Below are positions 1-11,485 of a DNA stretch of 64,000 bases, piece after piece. The translations under genes were made by a program, and so were the position numbers. Under the pieces are notes generated by a model, which was given only the letters and a program-made list of their open reading frames with translations, was not told where the DNA came from and searched no databases. How positions within the stretch are numbered: the stretch's first letter is position 1; each line of letters starts with the position of its first letter. This DNA is from Klebsormidium nitens (Eukaryota > Plantae > Klebsormidiophyceae), in NCBI GenBank assembly GCA_000708835.1, contig DF236981.1, positions 186,001 through 250,000 of the forward strand. The letters are read 5' to 3'.

Positions 1-3000
1 GTTCCACCTGCAGTACCTCGGCCAGCCTGCGTGCCTCGCGCAGTCGCCGCAGCTGTACAAGCAGATGGCGATCATGGCCGACTTCGGGCGCGTCTTCGAA
101 GTGGGGCCGGTCTTCCGGGCGGAGAAGTCGTTCACGCACCGGCACCTGTGAGCGAACGGAACGACTAGCTTGTTTGATTGTTCAGGTGTTGTTACCTGTA
201 AGCAAATCAGGGACCTGGAGAAGTCATTCAAGCACCGACACCTGAGAGCGAACGGATCCACGTCGCTGGTCTGATACTTATGCATCGCTGCCTGCTCAAG
301 CAAAGCGGAGGATCGAACGGATCCTGACGGCTCGTTTGATCTGTCCAAAAGCGAAAAGCTCATCTTATGAACATACAATCAGCATGAAATCAAAACGGAG
401 CATTGTGCAGAAAAGTCGTTGGTACAAACTGTGGTACTCGGGAAGGCTTGCATTTGGTGCGTCTGCCCTGCGAGGCTGACTGCATGACTCGCTTGTGGAA
501 TCTTTGTCGTCGCCCGAAACTTTTTCTTGCTGGTGCTTTCATAAAAGTCCTGCATGAACAAAAGGTCCCGCGATCAGGGTAGGATCAGGATACGATCCAC
601 TCCATCGTAAAGCGTATCCTCATCCTGGCAGCTGCTTCGTAGTAAAGTTGCGCAAGTCGTGGCGGTCAGTTTTTATCTTTACACCTTCAAGTCTCTGGTG
701 CTGGTTACAAATTTGTCGTGGGTAGAAGAAAGTTTACCACGTAGTCAAACTGCCCCACGGACCCTTAACATTCTCACTTTTAGCATTTCTGATTTCTCAT
801 GTCCCTGATTTGATGTCACTGTTCCGTTCAGGACGGAGTTCACGGGCCTCGATTTTGAGATGGAGATCAAGGAGCACTACGAGGAGGTGCTGGACGTGAT
901 CGACGGGCTGTTCGTGTCCATCTTCGAGGGGATCAACGCGCGGTGTCAAGAGGAGCTGGAGGCCGTCAACTCGCAGTACCCATACGAGCCGCTACAGGTA
1001 TTGGGTTTTGCGTCACCCCCGGGTTTGCTTTGAAGATGGGTTTGGGGTGAAGTTGTGAAGTGGTGCATTCTACCCTTCGACATTGCCGAGTGGTCGCTCT
1101 CTGGTTCTTGACGAAAGATTCGATCTCATTCAGTTTTATCAGCACGCAGAGTCGGCGATGTAGAATTTACTACTGATTTAGTAGACATCGAGAGCACGTT
1201 TTGGGGCGCCCTGCTTACGTTGCCATGATAAGCCTATAGTGCTTATATCAAGCGGAGTTGAACTTGTGCAACCTTATTTCGAGCTACTCTTTAAGAGCTA
1301 CAACGCAAGGAGTTAGAGGCCCAAAGCCTAGAAGCATCGATTCAAGCCTTACCAAGCATGTTCAATCTGCTATTCATACACTTGTCTATCCCAGTGTCAG
1401 CAAACTTGATCATCCCGCCAATCCCTTCTCGCTGCTTGTGCAGTTTCTGCCACAGGGCTGTCGCATCAAGTTTGCGGACGGAATCCAGATGCTGCACGAG
1501 GCAGGGTTCAAGGACGCGGACCCGCACGGGGACCTGTCCACGGAACTAGAGCGGGAACTCGGAAAGCTCGTCAAGGAAAAGTGAGCAACACGCACCTGTT
1601 CGGCAGATTGACCTGTTTTGCCTGTCCCTCTTTCCATTCTTCCAAGATGCTGCAATTCGTGGGTTGTCCCCTCTGTGAAGGCTGTACCTTTTGGCTCGCA
1701 GTGGTTTTTTCTCGGATCCTTGGGAAGGGAGCGGAACAGAATGGTGTGGGCTCTGCGGGGTAAAGGGCATTCTTAAGAGTACGACTTGTCAGAAGTATCC
1801 AGAGGCTCTTTTCATGATAGCAGGTTAAAAGAGGGATATCTTAGAAAGTGGTCAGGCGAAGTGACCGCGTGCAAGCCTGTCCGAAAGGACGATTTTTCTC
1901 ACGCACGAGTCTTCGAGCTTGACTTGTTAAAGGTTCTCAATGTACCGACAAACAATGTCTTGAACAAAAGAAAGGACTCGCACACCATGATGATTTCCCT
2001 TGTCTCAAGTGGGCCGAACGTACCAGAACAAAGTCGTCCGGTTGTACGGTTCGATCCGACGTCAATCTTTTTGCTCCTCAGATACCATACGGACTTTTAC
2101 ATTCTGACCGACTTCCCAATCGAGGCCCGGCCGTTCTACACGATGCCCTCCCCGGTTGACCCCCGGTACACCAACTCGTTCGACGTCTTCATCCGAGGTG
2201 AGTGCCACGTGTCAGTCGCTTGGGTCAGCCCCGTTTGCCCTTTTCGCGAAGGCATCTTTGAATTAGGCTGTTACTTTGACCAAACCAGACAGGTATGTCG
2301 GCCTCAGACCTGTATATTAACCAGCAAAAGGTCATGCCCCTGAGTTTTTCAAGAAAGTTGGTGCTTGGTAAAGGCGCCGGAAGTGGCTGCCTTGAGACTG
2401 GGCCGATGTGCAGTTAGTAAAACGTTGTTTTGGGCGGTTGAGAAGCTAGCGTCCAATCAGTTCTCATCAAGCAGATTCTACAACATATTAGTCACGGACA
2501 GCCAGCCTCAGGTTGAACCTCATATCGCTCCGGTCTTCATTCTCCTTGTGGGAACAAAGTATGTCTACTTCTCGTTGATTGTTGGCGTTTAGTCAGGGGC
2601 CCAGTCCAATATCTGCTGAAATGTCGCTTCCATCCTTTGCAGGCGAGGAGATCATTTCCGGCGCTCAGCGAATTCACGAGCCGGAGCTCCTCACCAAGCG
2701 AGCGACGGAATGCGGAATTGACGTGAAAACGATCAGCGCGTACATCGATGCTTTCAAGTAAGCCTGCCAGCAGTCCTCGCGGTTCTGTACTTTCGTGCAT
2801 CCTGTCCCTTCAGAGATTTACTGTCAATCACCGTTTTTTCTCGATCAGCAGGCCTGTTAGGCTTTCAATGTTTGCCGAGGCTGAAATGCAGTAGAATGGT
2901 CTCGAAGCAAGATTTGCCAGAGAGATCTAACAGTCAAGTACGTCTTTTGCCAGTACCTCCGCAACCAGAACCTGAAGTGCTTCAAAACTGTGTTGTCTCG

Positions 3001-3244
3001 GGTCTGCCATTACGATTCTTGTTCTTCTGAGTTTCTTATCAAGTGACGGCAGAAGCAGTACGTTATCTGCTTCCCAACACTCTGCGTACTGTAACATGAA
3101 CCCAACGATCTCTGCAGGTATGGCGCACTCCCTCACGGTGGGGCGGGCGTAGGCCTAGAGCGTGTTGTGATGCTCTTTTTGGCCCTGAACAACATTCGGA
3201 AGACGAGCATGTTTCCTCGCGACCCTCAAAGGTTGACGCCCTGA
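1..3244 (+). CDS. DARS1: Cytosolic aspartyl-tRNA synthetase, 3' part (5' truncated by window); exons 1-147, 832-997, 1444-1580, 2082-2197, 2643-2757, 3118-3244
   Basis: Spliced translation with consistent GT-AG phases gives class II motif 2 ([28 protein letters not shown]), [27 protein letters not shown] and motif 3 with the C-terminus ([37 protein letters not shown]). Confidence 0.97.
217..345 (+). repeat. Degenerate copy of the AspRS exon 3' end plus donor inside the following intron
   Basis: 121-160 GGAGAAGTCGTTCACGCACCGGCACCT|GTGAGCGAACGGA recurs at 217-256 as GGAGAAGTCATTCAAGCACCGACACCTGAGAGCGAACGGA (donor GT mutated to GA); a third CGAACGGATCC...GTTTGAT remnant lies near 312-342. Confidence 0.85.
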
Positions 3245-4330
3245 TCAGGTGGTCCATAGGGGCGCTAGTGCGTACACCAACGTTGGATCTTATTGCACTG
3301 GGAAAGTGAAGCCTTCGGCATTCGTGCTGACTAAATTTTGGTCGACGGCTGGAGTATGTGTGCAGATGCCTTCAGCTTCCGGACATCGCATTCCCTGTCC
3401 ATATGCACCAGGACCTTTTGGGAGAGCTGCTCATTAAGACATGCGTCGATCTATGTTCAACGTGCAAAACTGGTCGTTCCGATAATGTATGCGCTCTAAG
3501 TCGTCAAATTCAGTAATCATAGCCAATAACTGAATTGTAGGCTGGTTGTTTCTGCATATCATATGTTCGATTCGATCATCGCACGTTGCATATCGCTTAA
3601 TTGGATTGGTCAAATCACCCATGCCAATGGGTGCAGGATCGGATAAAGTTCATGATCTACCTATGCAGGCCAAAGACCTGAACACCGTAACTGCTTTCAA
3701 CTGAATTGCGCATATGATCAGCACCGCCTGCAAGCATGCAGGTTTGCGCGACTCACCATGATCCCTGGGCTGTACCGTATGAACGTTTGGATGCATTTGC
3801 ATGTACGTGTGAGATCCATTGTTGGTCATCCCATCCGACTGCAAAGCTATCTGAGAGCTCGACGGTCACTTCGACATATCAGCAAGCTTGTATGGTAAAA
3901 GAACACCTTTGCTGACCTTCTGGGGCTTCATGCCAGTTTCATAATAGTTCAACACAAGTGTTGATTGCGTTATCCTACCATTTGCAGCAATATTCATATA
4001 CACAATTGGACGCAACGGAGTTCCTCGGAACTCATGAATGCTTACAATCTATTACGCTCAAGAATTGCTTGTAAACACAGGACAATCCAATGGTGACGTC
4101 TTCAGGGGGACCCACTTTGCTGCATCCTTCATCAACCGCTGCTGGACAACACTTTACCCTACAGAGACGCAACAGAGTTGTCATCGAGAATGTCATGATT
4201 GGCAAGTTCATAGGGCTGCAATCCCGGGGTCACTTTGATTGGTCATCATGTTTCCTTTGGACAAAGCCCTATGCTTCTTGACGATCCATTCTGCGCATAT
4301 GACCAATCACTCCTTTTCCCTCACCTTGGA

Positions 4331-5989
4331 CTATCCCACCGCAGAATTCGCCCTCCCTGGCACAAGTCCCTTCCGCAACTGGTCATAGCACGCCTTGCAG
4401 TACCCCTGAAGGCCGTCGGGCCCTTTCCGCCACCGATAAAACGCTTCTGCGGGCTTCATTGTTTTGCAACACGCGCAGCGCTTGCTCTCTACTTTTGGGG
4501 CTGTCAGACTGGGGCGCTCCTTGTACTGTTCCCGTCTCCTTAAGGAGTTGCAGTTTTTGCACCAGGCTAGCAGGCCGGTTGGGGCTTTGGGCATACGGGA
4601 AAACTTGCTGGCTGGTTTTACCTGGTGGCACAGCGAGCACTGCTTTTCTAGCACGGCTATCTGATCTGGCCGCGTGATCATTTCGATGCACCTGGCCAAA
4701 CACAAACAATCTCATAAATCAGAATCATCGGACGAGCACAGACGTTCGTCAGAGGACATTATTACCTGGTCTTAGTAAGATGAGCAAAGTTCTCATCTGT
4801 ACACTACTTTGTCATCCATTTCTCTCGCTACTGTCGTTAAGACAAGATCAGAAGAAGTAGGAAAAGCGTTAGATTGGGCTCCGAGTTCACCGCAATGTCA
4901 TTGATTCATCAACTCCCCCAGCTAAGTTTCTTAGCATCTCCTCTGTAGAATTGATGGTCAAGTTGATGGTCGATGGATTATTCGGAAACTCCGCTTCGGC
5001 ACGCAGAGGGAATGGAAGCTTTCTTACCGTTTGCAGGACCGACACCGCGGTTCGAGCTTTCCTTTAAATACGAGGAAGTCTCTGGCCGGCTTAAAGTGCT
5101 GGCAGGCAGTACATGTTCGCCCCTCCATGCTTGCTTGCGGAAACTCTTTGTTTGTCCGCTTGCAGAACTCTTCTGCGTAGCATGCACGACACTGCACCAC
5201 AGAGTAGCTCAAGGTCAATGCAATTAATTCATGGAAGAGGAAGAGATCTGCACCAAAACTTGGTCCCTTGAAAGCTGATGTTCAGCAACTTTCCCGGGGA
5301 ACATCATTGAAGAGAGTGGCTGCATTCGAGGCCAGAGGGTCTAGGGGGAACATGCGTCATTGCGGAAAGTGGACGCTGGAACACGAAAGCTGCCGCAGAG
5401 CTGCCAATGCAGCTCAAGCAAACACTTCACCCATGTTCTTTGTTGTTCAAAACAGAAGGCTCACCTGATAGCTCCTACCGTCAGCTGTCGTTCTGAACTC
5501 CCTAAAATCTCCAATCACCTTCTCTTCGCGGCAGCATGAGCAGACTTTAGTGCCAGCCAGCGTGGGTGCAATCATTGCTTGGATGTCATACTTTGTCTTC
5601 GTCTTCCTCGAATCCTGCTGCCCTTCTGACTGCGCTCCTTGAACCTGGTCGCTCGGAGGTGAAGCAGCTCCGTTTTGCAACTCTGATACGAGGACTTGCT
5701 CTCTACTGCATACCGCTCCATAAACCCTAAGATTTTGCCGTCGCCCAGTGCAGTCTCCTTCCTGCCCCTCTACAATGCCGTCACTCTGCAATGACAAGTC
5801 GGGCATGACGTAAAGCCTGTTGACCGGAAATGGGGCCAGAACCCTCCGGAACATCCTGTCACCCGGGGCGTATACTGCGAAAATGCTGGAGTAAACAGCT
5901 TTACAGCAGGGGATGCCCCTTGGTCCATGGGCGGCATTGCACCAGCTGCAGCAAGCATGATCTGCGTGGATAGCAGCGGCGTAGTGAGC
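4331..5989 (-). CDS. Protein with four Cx2C-x3-K-x4-F-...-Cx2C zinc-finger-like repeats (Stc1/HNH-associated type); start codon uncertain
   Basis: In-phase exons ending at 5465, ~5028-5187 and ~4331-4691 join to give KVCSCCREEKVIGDF...DGRSYQ|CRAC, RTCTACQHFKPARDF...PRCRSC, KQCSLCHQVKPASKF...GLLAWCKNC and KRCACCKTMKPAEAF...DGLQGYCKAC. The N-terminal exon (ATG 5989) is only tentative. Confidence 0.65.
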
Positions 5990-6638
5990 ATGGCTGACGG
6001 CCATGGCGCTCGTGCAATGCCGACCCCAATGCACAAAGCAACCACCGGCTGCCCAGGAGATCTTGCAGGACCGCAAAAAACAAGAACTAGATCGAGAGGC
6101 ATGTAATTGTACATATGAGGTTTACGAAGTTCACGAAGTTAACGAGATCAATCGAACGGATGCGATTGCTTGAGAGGAAAAGTCGTCATTACTGCCGAGG
6201 CTAAATCTGACCGTCGATCGTGAGCCTCTGAGCGCCCCTCTAGGCTAGTCTGCAGACGGCGGATGACGCGGACGGCGTTCATTCACTCATGCGCCTCTTT
6301 GCCAGTGAGTCTGTATCATCATAGCAGCGTCATTCTTTCATTCTTCCCAATCCAATTGTAAGATAATCTTGCCGTTGGCACCGGAGCATGTCAACTCTGC
6401 TGACGATCGCAACTCAGGCCTGTGCACTGATCCACAACTGCCTTGGAAAAATTAGCCGCGGACGCTTGCATCCGTCTATCTACAAGAGCAACACCTGGTA
6501 CCCAGACTTCGACCCGCCATTTGAGAAGATTCCGAACGCGAAAACGGCTTGCCTGAGCTGACTTCGCGCTCGACAACAAGCTTGTCACCTTGTGGTCGTT
6601 TGACCCTTCAATATCTGCTGTTTGCTTCAAACACGTAA

Positions 6639-9600
6639 TGGACGATCTTGACTTGAGCTTCAGCCCTTTGAAGAAGGAAGCGCCTCCTTCGGGCTCAGCT
6701 GCTTCCATCGAGGCTGGAGATGGGCCTCGACCGGGACCTGAGAAGAAGATGTTTCTCGGTGAGAGTTGATTACTGTGCTACCTGGGTGTGACAGTCGTGT
6801 GGCATGGGAAGTGACGGGGGAAGTGAAAGGATTGTTCATGCAGACGCATTAAAAAGGATCTCGAGCTCACGGATTTCACTACTGCGTTAGCGAATGAACC
6901 CCAATATATCTTCAAAATTTTGCATCCCGCATCTATCTTTGCAGACGATGAGCTTGGGGACGACTTCCTCTTCGACCTGCGGAGGAAAAGTGACATGACA
7001 TTCGAGCCTTCTCCTCATAAACCTGGAGCGATCAAGAAACTGGACGCGACAAAACAAGCTGACATGTTGTAAGTTCCAAAATTTTGCATAGAGCCTTGAA
7101 GCCCTGATATACAAGAAGTGACAGTCTTTGGAACGTGTATTGCAAGCCGCGATCATGTGGCGAAAAAAGCATTCATTTCTTTACTGCTGATTCGCAGGGA
7201 TTTTGACCTGACAGACTTCGGGGCATCCATTGGCAAAGTGAAGAATACCGCAAACTTCGATTGGACAGCAGACCTGGAGAAAGGCGGCGGCTTTGATCTT
7301 TTCAAAGCTTTTGAGATCCCAAGCTCCCCGGAGAAGTTCCGACCAGAAAACAGCCCGCACGTCCAAGCACTTCAGAAAGGAATCGAAGACTTGCCAGTCT
7401 TCAGAGACCCCACCGAAGGATCAGTGTAAGGCGAACTGAGATGTCTATTACGACAGCACATATGCTTGCAGAACGTGTCAACCTTTGAATGCAATTTAAA
7501 GCACCATGCAGGACCTTGTGCCACTTCCTATAATCTGTTCGAGTAGATTCAAAGATGATGAGATGTTTCAACTTATGTTGTGCAGGACAACTGAGAATCT
7601 GGAGAAAGAGTCGAACAGAGACCAGGAGCAAGTTCAACCGCTTGTGGCCCTAGAAGTGCGGAATGTTGATTCTGAGCTAGTGAAGAGAGGTGCCGCCTCT
7701 AAACAGCCTCCAGAAACAGGAACTCTTGAAGGAGAACACTCGAAGTTCGAGAAAGAGGAAGACAAGGACTGTCGCCAGCGGTCAGAAATCGACGACGTAT
7801 CGACACTAAGGTAGGTCAATTGCCAGTAGTTGCAATCAGAGTCCTTCGTTCAGCACTAATCACCCCTGCTACTATATATTGCTCGTTTGGCCTTTTCACT
7901 TGATCATGCCTGCCTCCTTACCCGTATGTCGCAATATTCAAAGGTCAATTCTACTGTCAGCAGGAAAGAGACCGGTGTTGTGGATGAAAAGGACGCAGAC
8001 AGAGGGAAGGCATCAGGTCCAAGCAACCCAAGCCACGAAGTGCCTGTCGTCGATGGAAGAATTCCAAACCCTGGCGAGACCAAACAGTCCACGGCGCGGC
8101 CTCCACTATCTCAACAAGTCAAGTAAGGCTGTCAACGGTACCCCAAGGAGACTGAGCTTGAAGCATTCTCAAAGCCTGAAAAGCACTTCGGACAGCCTGG
8201 ATGCGCATTTCTTAAATGGCGCCGGTGGAAAACGTGATCTGTCAAAGCGTTGTGCATGCAGGTCATCGATGGAGAAGAAAACGTCGAAAGATCTGTCTGC
8301 ATCGGTCGACACTCCAACAAGCAGTCAACCAGCCAAGTTCGAGTCCATCTCGCGGGCCCTACAGGTTCCCGTGCCTAATTCTTCCTCGCCGTCATCCTCG
8401 AAAGATAAAAACCTAATCAAGAAAGGCATCACCGTTTCTGGTCTGAGCCTGAGCAAGTCACAACCCCTATCGACAATCTTAGGAAGCAGGTTAAGCAGCA
8501 GCTTGGCCAATGCATCCAGCCGTCTCGCAACCGGTTCTCAGATGAAACCACCAGCTTCGGTGCCTGTGAAGGCTGGGCTTGCAGGTCCTCAAAGGTAATC
8601 AGCAATTTTTCCTGTTTCCAATTCTGTCGAGATTGGTATTGATGTCGAGGCTTTCTAGAATCTTGATAGCTTTGTTGCAGACAGCAATCTGCGGCTTTCA
8701 GGCTGCGCGCTGATGATTGCGTGCTGTGTCCAGGGCTCAAGTGGCGCCCGTGGTCGCCCAGACTTTGAGAGAAGACAAGAAGACAGAGCAGGAAAACCGT
8801 GGACCGGGAAGCTTGTCTGGGGGTTCTTCTCTCAAGCGTACCCTTCCTATGCCGGTAAGGTTGGAAAATGCGATATGTGGAGGATCTTGTTCTTGTCACC
8901 GTCTTACGTGACTGCAAGCTTTGCAACCTACTTGAGACAAGCGAGCGCAATTGTCACTGATCTGCTCTGTTAATCTGCAGGAAAGAGAGCCGAAGAAGGA
9001 TTCTCGACTTGATGTCAGCGAGACTTCCTCCAAGCTTCTTTCACCGAAGAATATTGGTCTTGGACGACTTCAGGTGAATCGTTAACTAGTTGCCCGTATT
9101 GCGAAGGTTCATAAGAATTGAACACTGAGCCCAGTAGTGGAAGGCACCGTGTGGAACATACATTTCCAGGCCTACTTGATGGTTTCACTTCATGCTGTTG
9201 TGCCACTGATATTGAACTCCTTCCTCTTTCTTGCTAGGCTGGCACATCTCCATTTGCTCGCAAAGTACTCTCGCCTTCCTCAGGACCGTTGAGAATCCAG
9301 GTGAAAGCAACCGAGCCTTTCGAGAAAAGAATATTTGGTGCCTTGTGAGTCGTTTTTCAGAGTCCAGACTGCTCGATCCCAGTATCCGCCTTTCCTGCTT
9401 AAACATGAACCTGCGAGGTGTATACATCGATTTGTAATTAAAACAGATCGGTCCTTCATCTCAGAGCTCCTTGCTGAAGCGGCCTTCAAGACAACATGAG
9501 GAGGATTACCCAAGAGCAACGTCTTTACCGGGTTCGGCGCCCAGTCTCGTCAGGTAAGACCTGCTCAGTGCCAGCAGCGGTTTATGTATCCTCTCATCGC

Positions 9601-10791
9601 AGCCCTGTCATCTTCAAACAACCATCGTGAGCTGGCCGAAAAATTTGAAACGATATGTCTTCTGCTTTGCTGCTGACGCGTCATGGGCAGACTGTGTCTC
9701 TGCTCTTGTGTTTTCAGGTCATCGCAACTGCTTGACATGTCGTCTTCCCTTGCGAAACCGAGTACGCCAGTTGAAGATCATCCAGCTAACAGCCCCATGA
9801 AGCAGGTAAGGTGCAGGAGGGAAAGGGGTAGTACTGAAAGTCATGCAGCCGATATCTTAACAAGATAGCAAATTCATCAAGGAAGTGGGGAAATATTGAG
9901 CCGAAGCGATGCATCAAAGGACGCGGCCGCTCCGCAAGGTAATCGTGCTTTGATTTTGCAGAGTGCGCCTGAGGCAGCTACTCCGGCCAACGATCCTCAG
10001 ACCGCGGACATGGATATTTCGCCGTTCGATAGTATCATGACAGTTGCAAAACGCGGTGCACCAGAGTCTCAGGAACTGGCGGAAGAGATCATCAAGAAGG
10101 GCGAAATTGCGAAGAAAGCTGACGAGTACACCAAGGAACTTGATCAGGTACTGCCGTCAATGACTTGGCAGTCGTTTCCTCGGCAAAACAATAGGTACAA
10201 GAACGGCATTCTTCGTCGGCCGAATCTTTGCATTCACTGTCCCGTTGTGCTCTTCCTATATCTGCACCTGCCTTGACGGTCGACGTACGAGACTCATGTT
10301 CGACAACCTTCTGAGTTTGACGTTTGAAAATATTTGCAGATGTATGCTTCTCTGAAGAAGAAGCACGAGGAGGCGAAGGACCTGCTCGTCAAGGCCCTGA
10401 TCAACAACAACCGAATGCAGATGCTGAACAACCCAGTGACAGAAGACAAAATATCCTTTGCACTGCTTTTCCTTCCAACGCTTGATTTTCAGTCATCCAT
10501 GTGTCCGTGATTGCCTGCTTCAGCGGACGAAGTGGAGAATTCCACCTTCTCATCTGAAAGCAATAGTAAGAAACGCACTCATCAATCTCTCCAAGGATTC
10601 TGTCTGTTTCTCGCTTTAGCTCAAAGATGACTGCTGACCGCGATCCCTGCCCCAGTGGTTAGAAGCTTCCTACTGCCTTCAAGTCCTTGACTGTGACTTT
10701 CTGTGGACTGGAGCACATATGTGCCATCCAACGCTCCATCGCCCAGATGTTTTCCACAGAAGGGACCCCTGGACTGACTGTGGAAGAGTGA
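6639..10791 (+). CDS. At4g18490-like uncharacterized plant protein: long low-complexity region plus conserved C-terminal coiled coil
   Basis: Phase-consistent multi-exon chain from ATG 6639. The C-terminus [12 protein letters not shown]|[37 protein letters not shown]|ICAIQR matches from memory the land-plant motif [42 protein letters not shown]. Confidence 0.75.
10451..10716 (+). other. U12-type (minor spliceosome) AT-AC intron, last intron of the At4g18490-like gene
   Basis: Donor ATATCCTTT directly after codons GAC AAA; branch site TCCTTGAC at 10684-10691; the AC at 10715-10716 restores the frame as [11 protein letters not shown]...* (TGA 10789-10791). Confidence 0.75.
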
Positions 10792-11485
10792 TTACGTTCG
10801 TAGGAGGCATCTCGAGTAGTGACATGCAGAAATGTACTGCCCAAATTGAACGGAGGAACAACAGAACGGAGGAACAACAGAAGGAATCGGGACTTCCAAC
10901 TTGGCTGTGGCTCTCTTTGGAATCTGTGGGTTCTGATCAGTGTAAATATCGCATAGAATTCTCCCAAACAGTCCCCGTTCAATATTCTCGATCCAGCGCA
11001 TCAAGCACATGGGAAGTTACCAGTCCATGAGCTTGCACAGCAGTGACAGCAACATCTTGATCATCCCTGTCAATCATGCAATGCCAACATTCATGCATGT
11101 CTACGCAACAATGATGCATCGTGCTTCGTTATATTTAACGATCAGATATTTGGATGCTATGTAAGAACCGGGATTGCTCAAGTGCGGGATATGATGTCCG
11201 AATGTTAGCACAACTGAGATATGATGCGTAATCACAAGTTGAAAGTGACATGCCTGGAGTGAAAGGGCTCCACACCCCCAGTACACACCACTAGCATGTT
11301 AAGACGACGTCTAACAATACGCATAGGAGCGATCCAAAAGGCTCCACTGACGCAAAAGAACATGCGATCTGCAACCATAGTGAGAATGGGCCTCTTGAAA
11401 ACTCTGATATAGAACACTCTTCCTTCCCCAAGCTTTGTACAGGATATCCTCGGTTACGATACAACACCCCCTGCGAATGTCGGAT

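Noticed and set aside
1786-2343. 185-aa ORF as a separate gene
   Set aside because: Only 2082-2197 is coding (an AspRS exon); the rest is open intronic frame.
6391-6708. 105-aa minus-strand ORF as the first exon of the zinc-finger gene
   Set aside because: It overlaps the first exon of the plus-strand At4g18490-like gene in antisense and has no convincing splice link.
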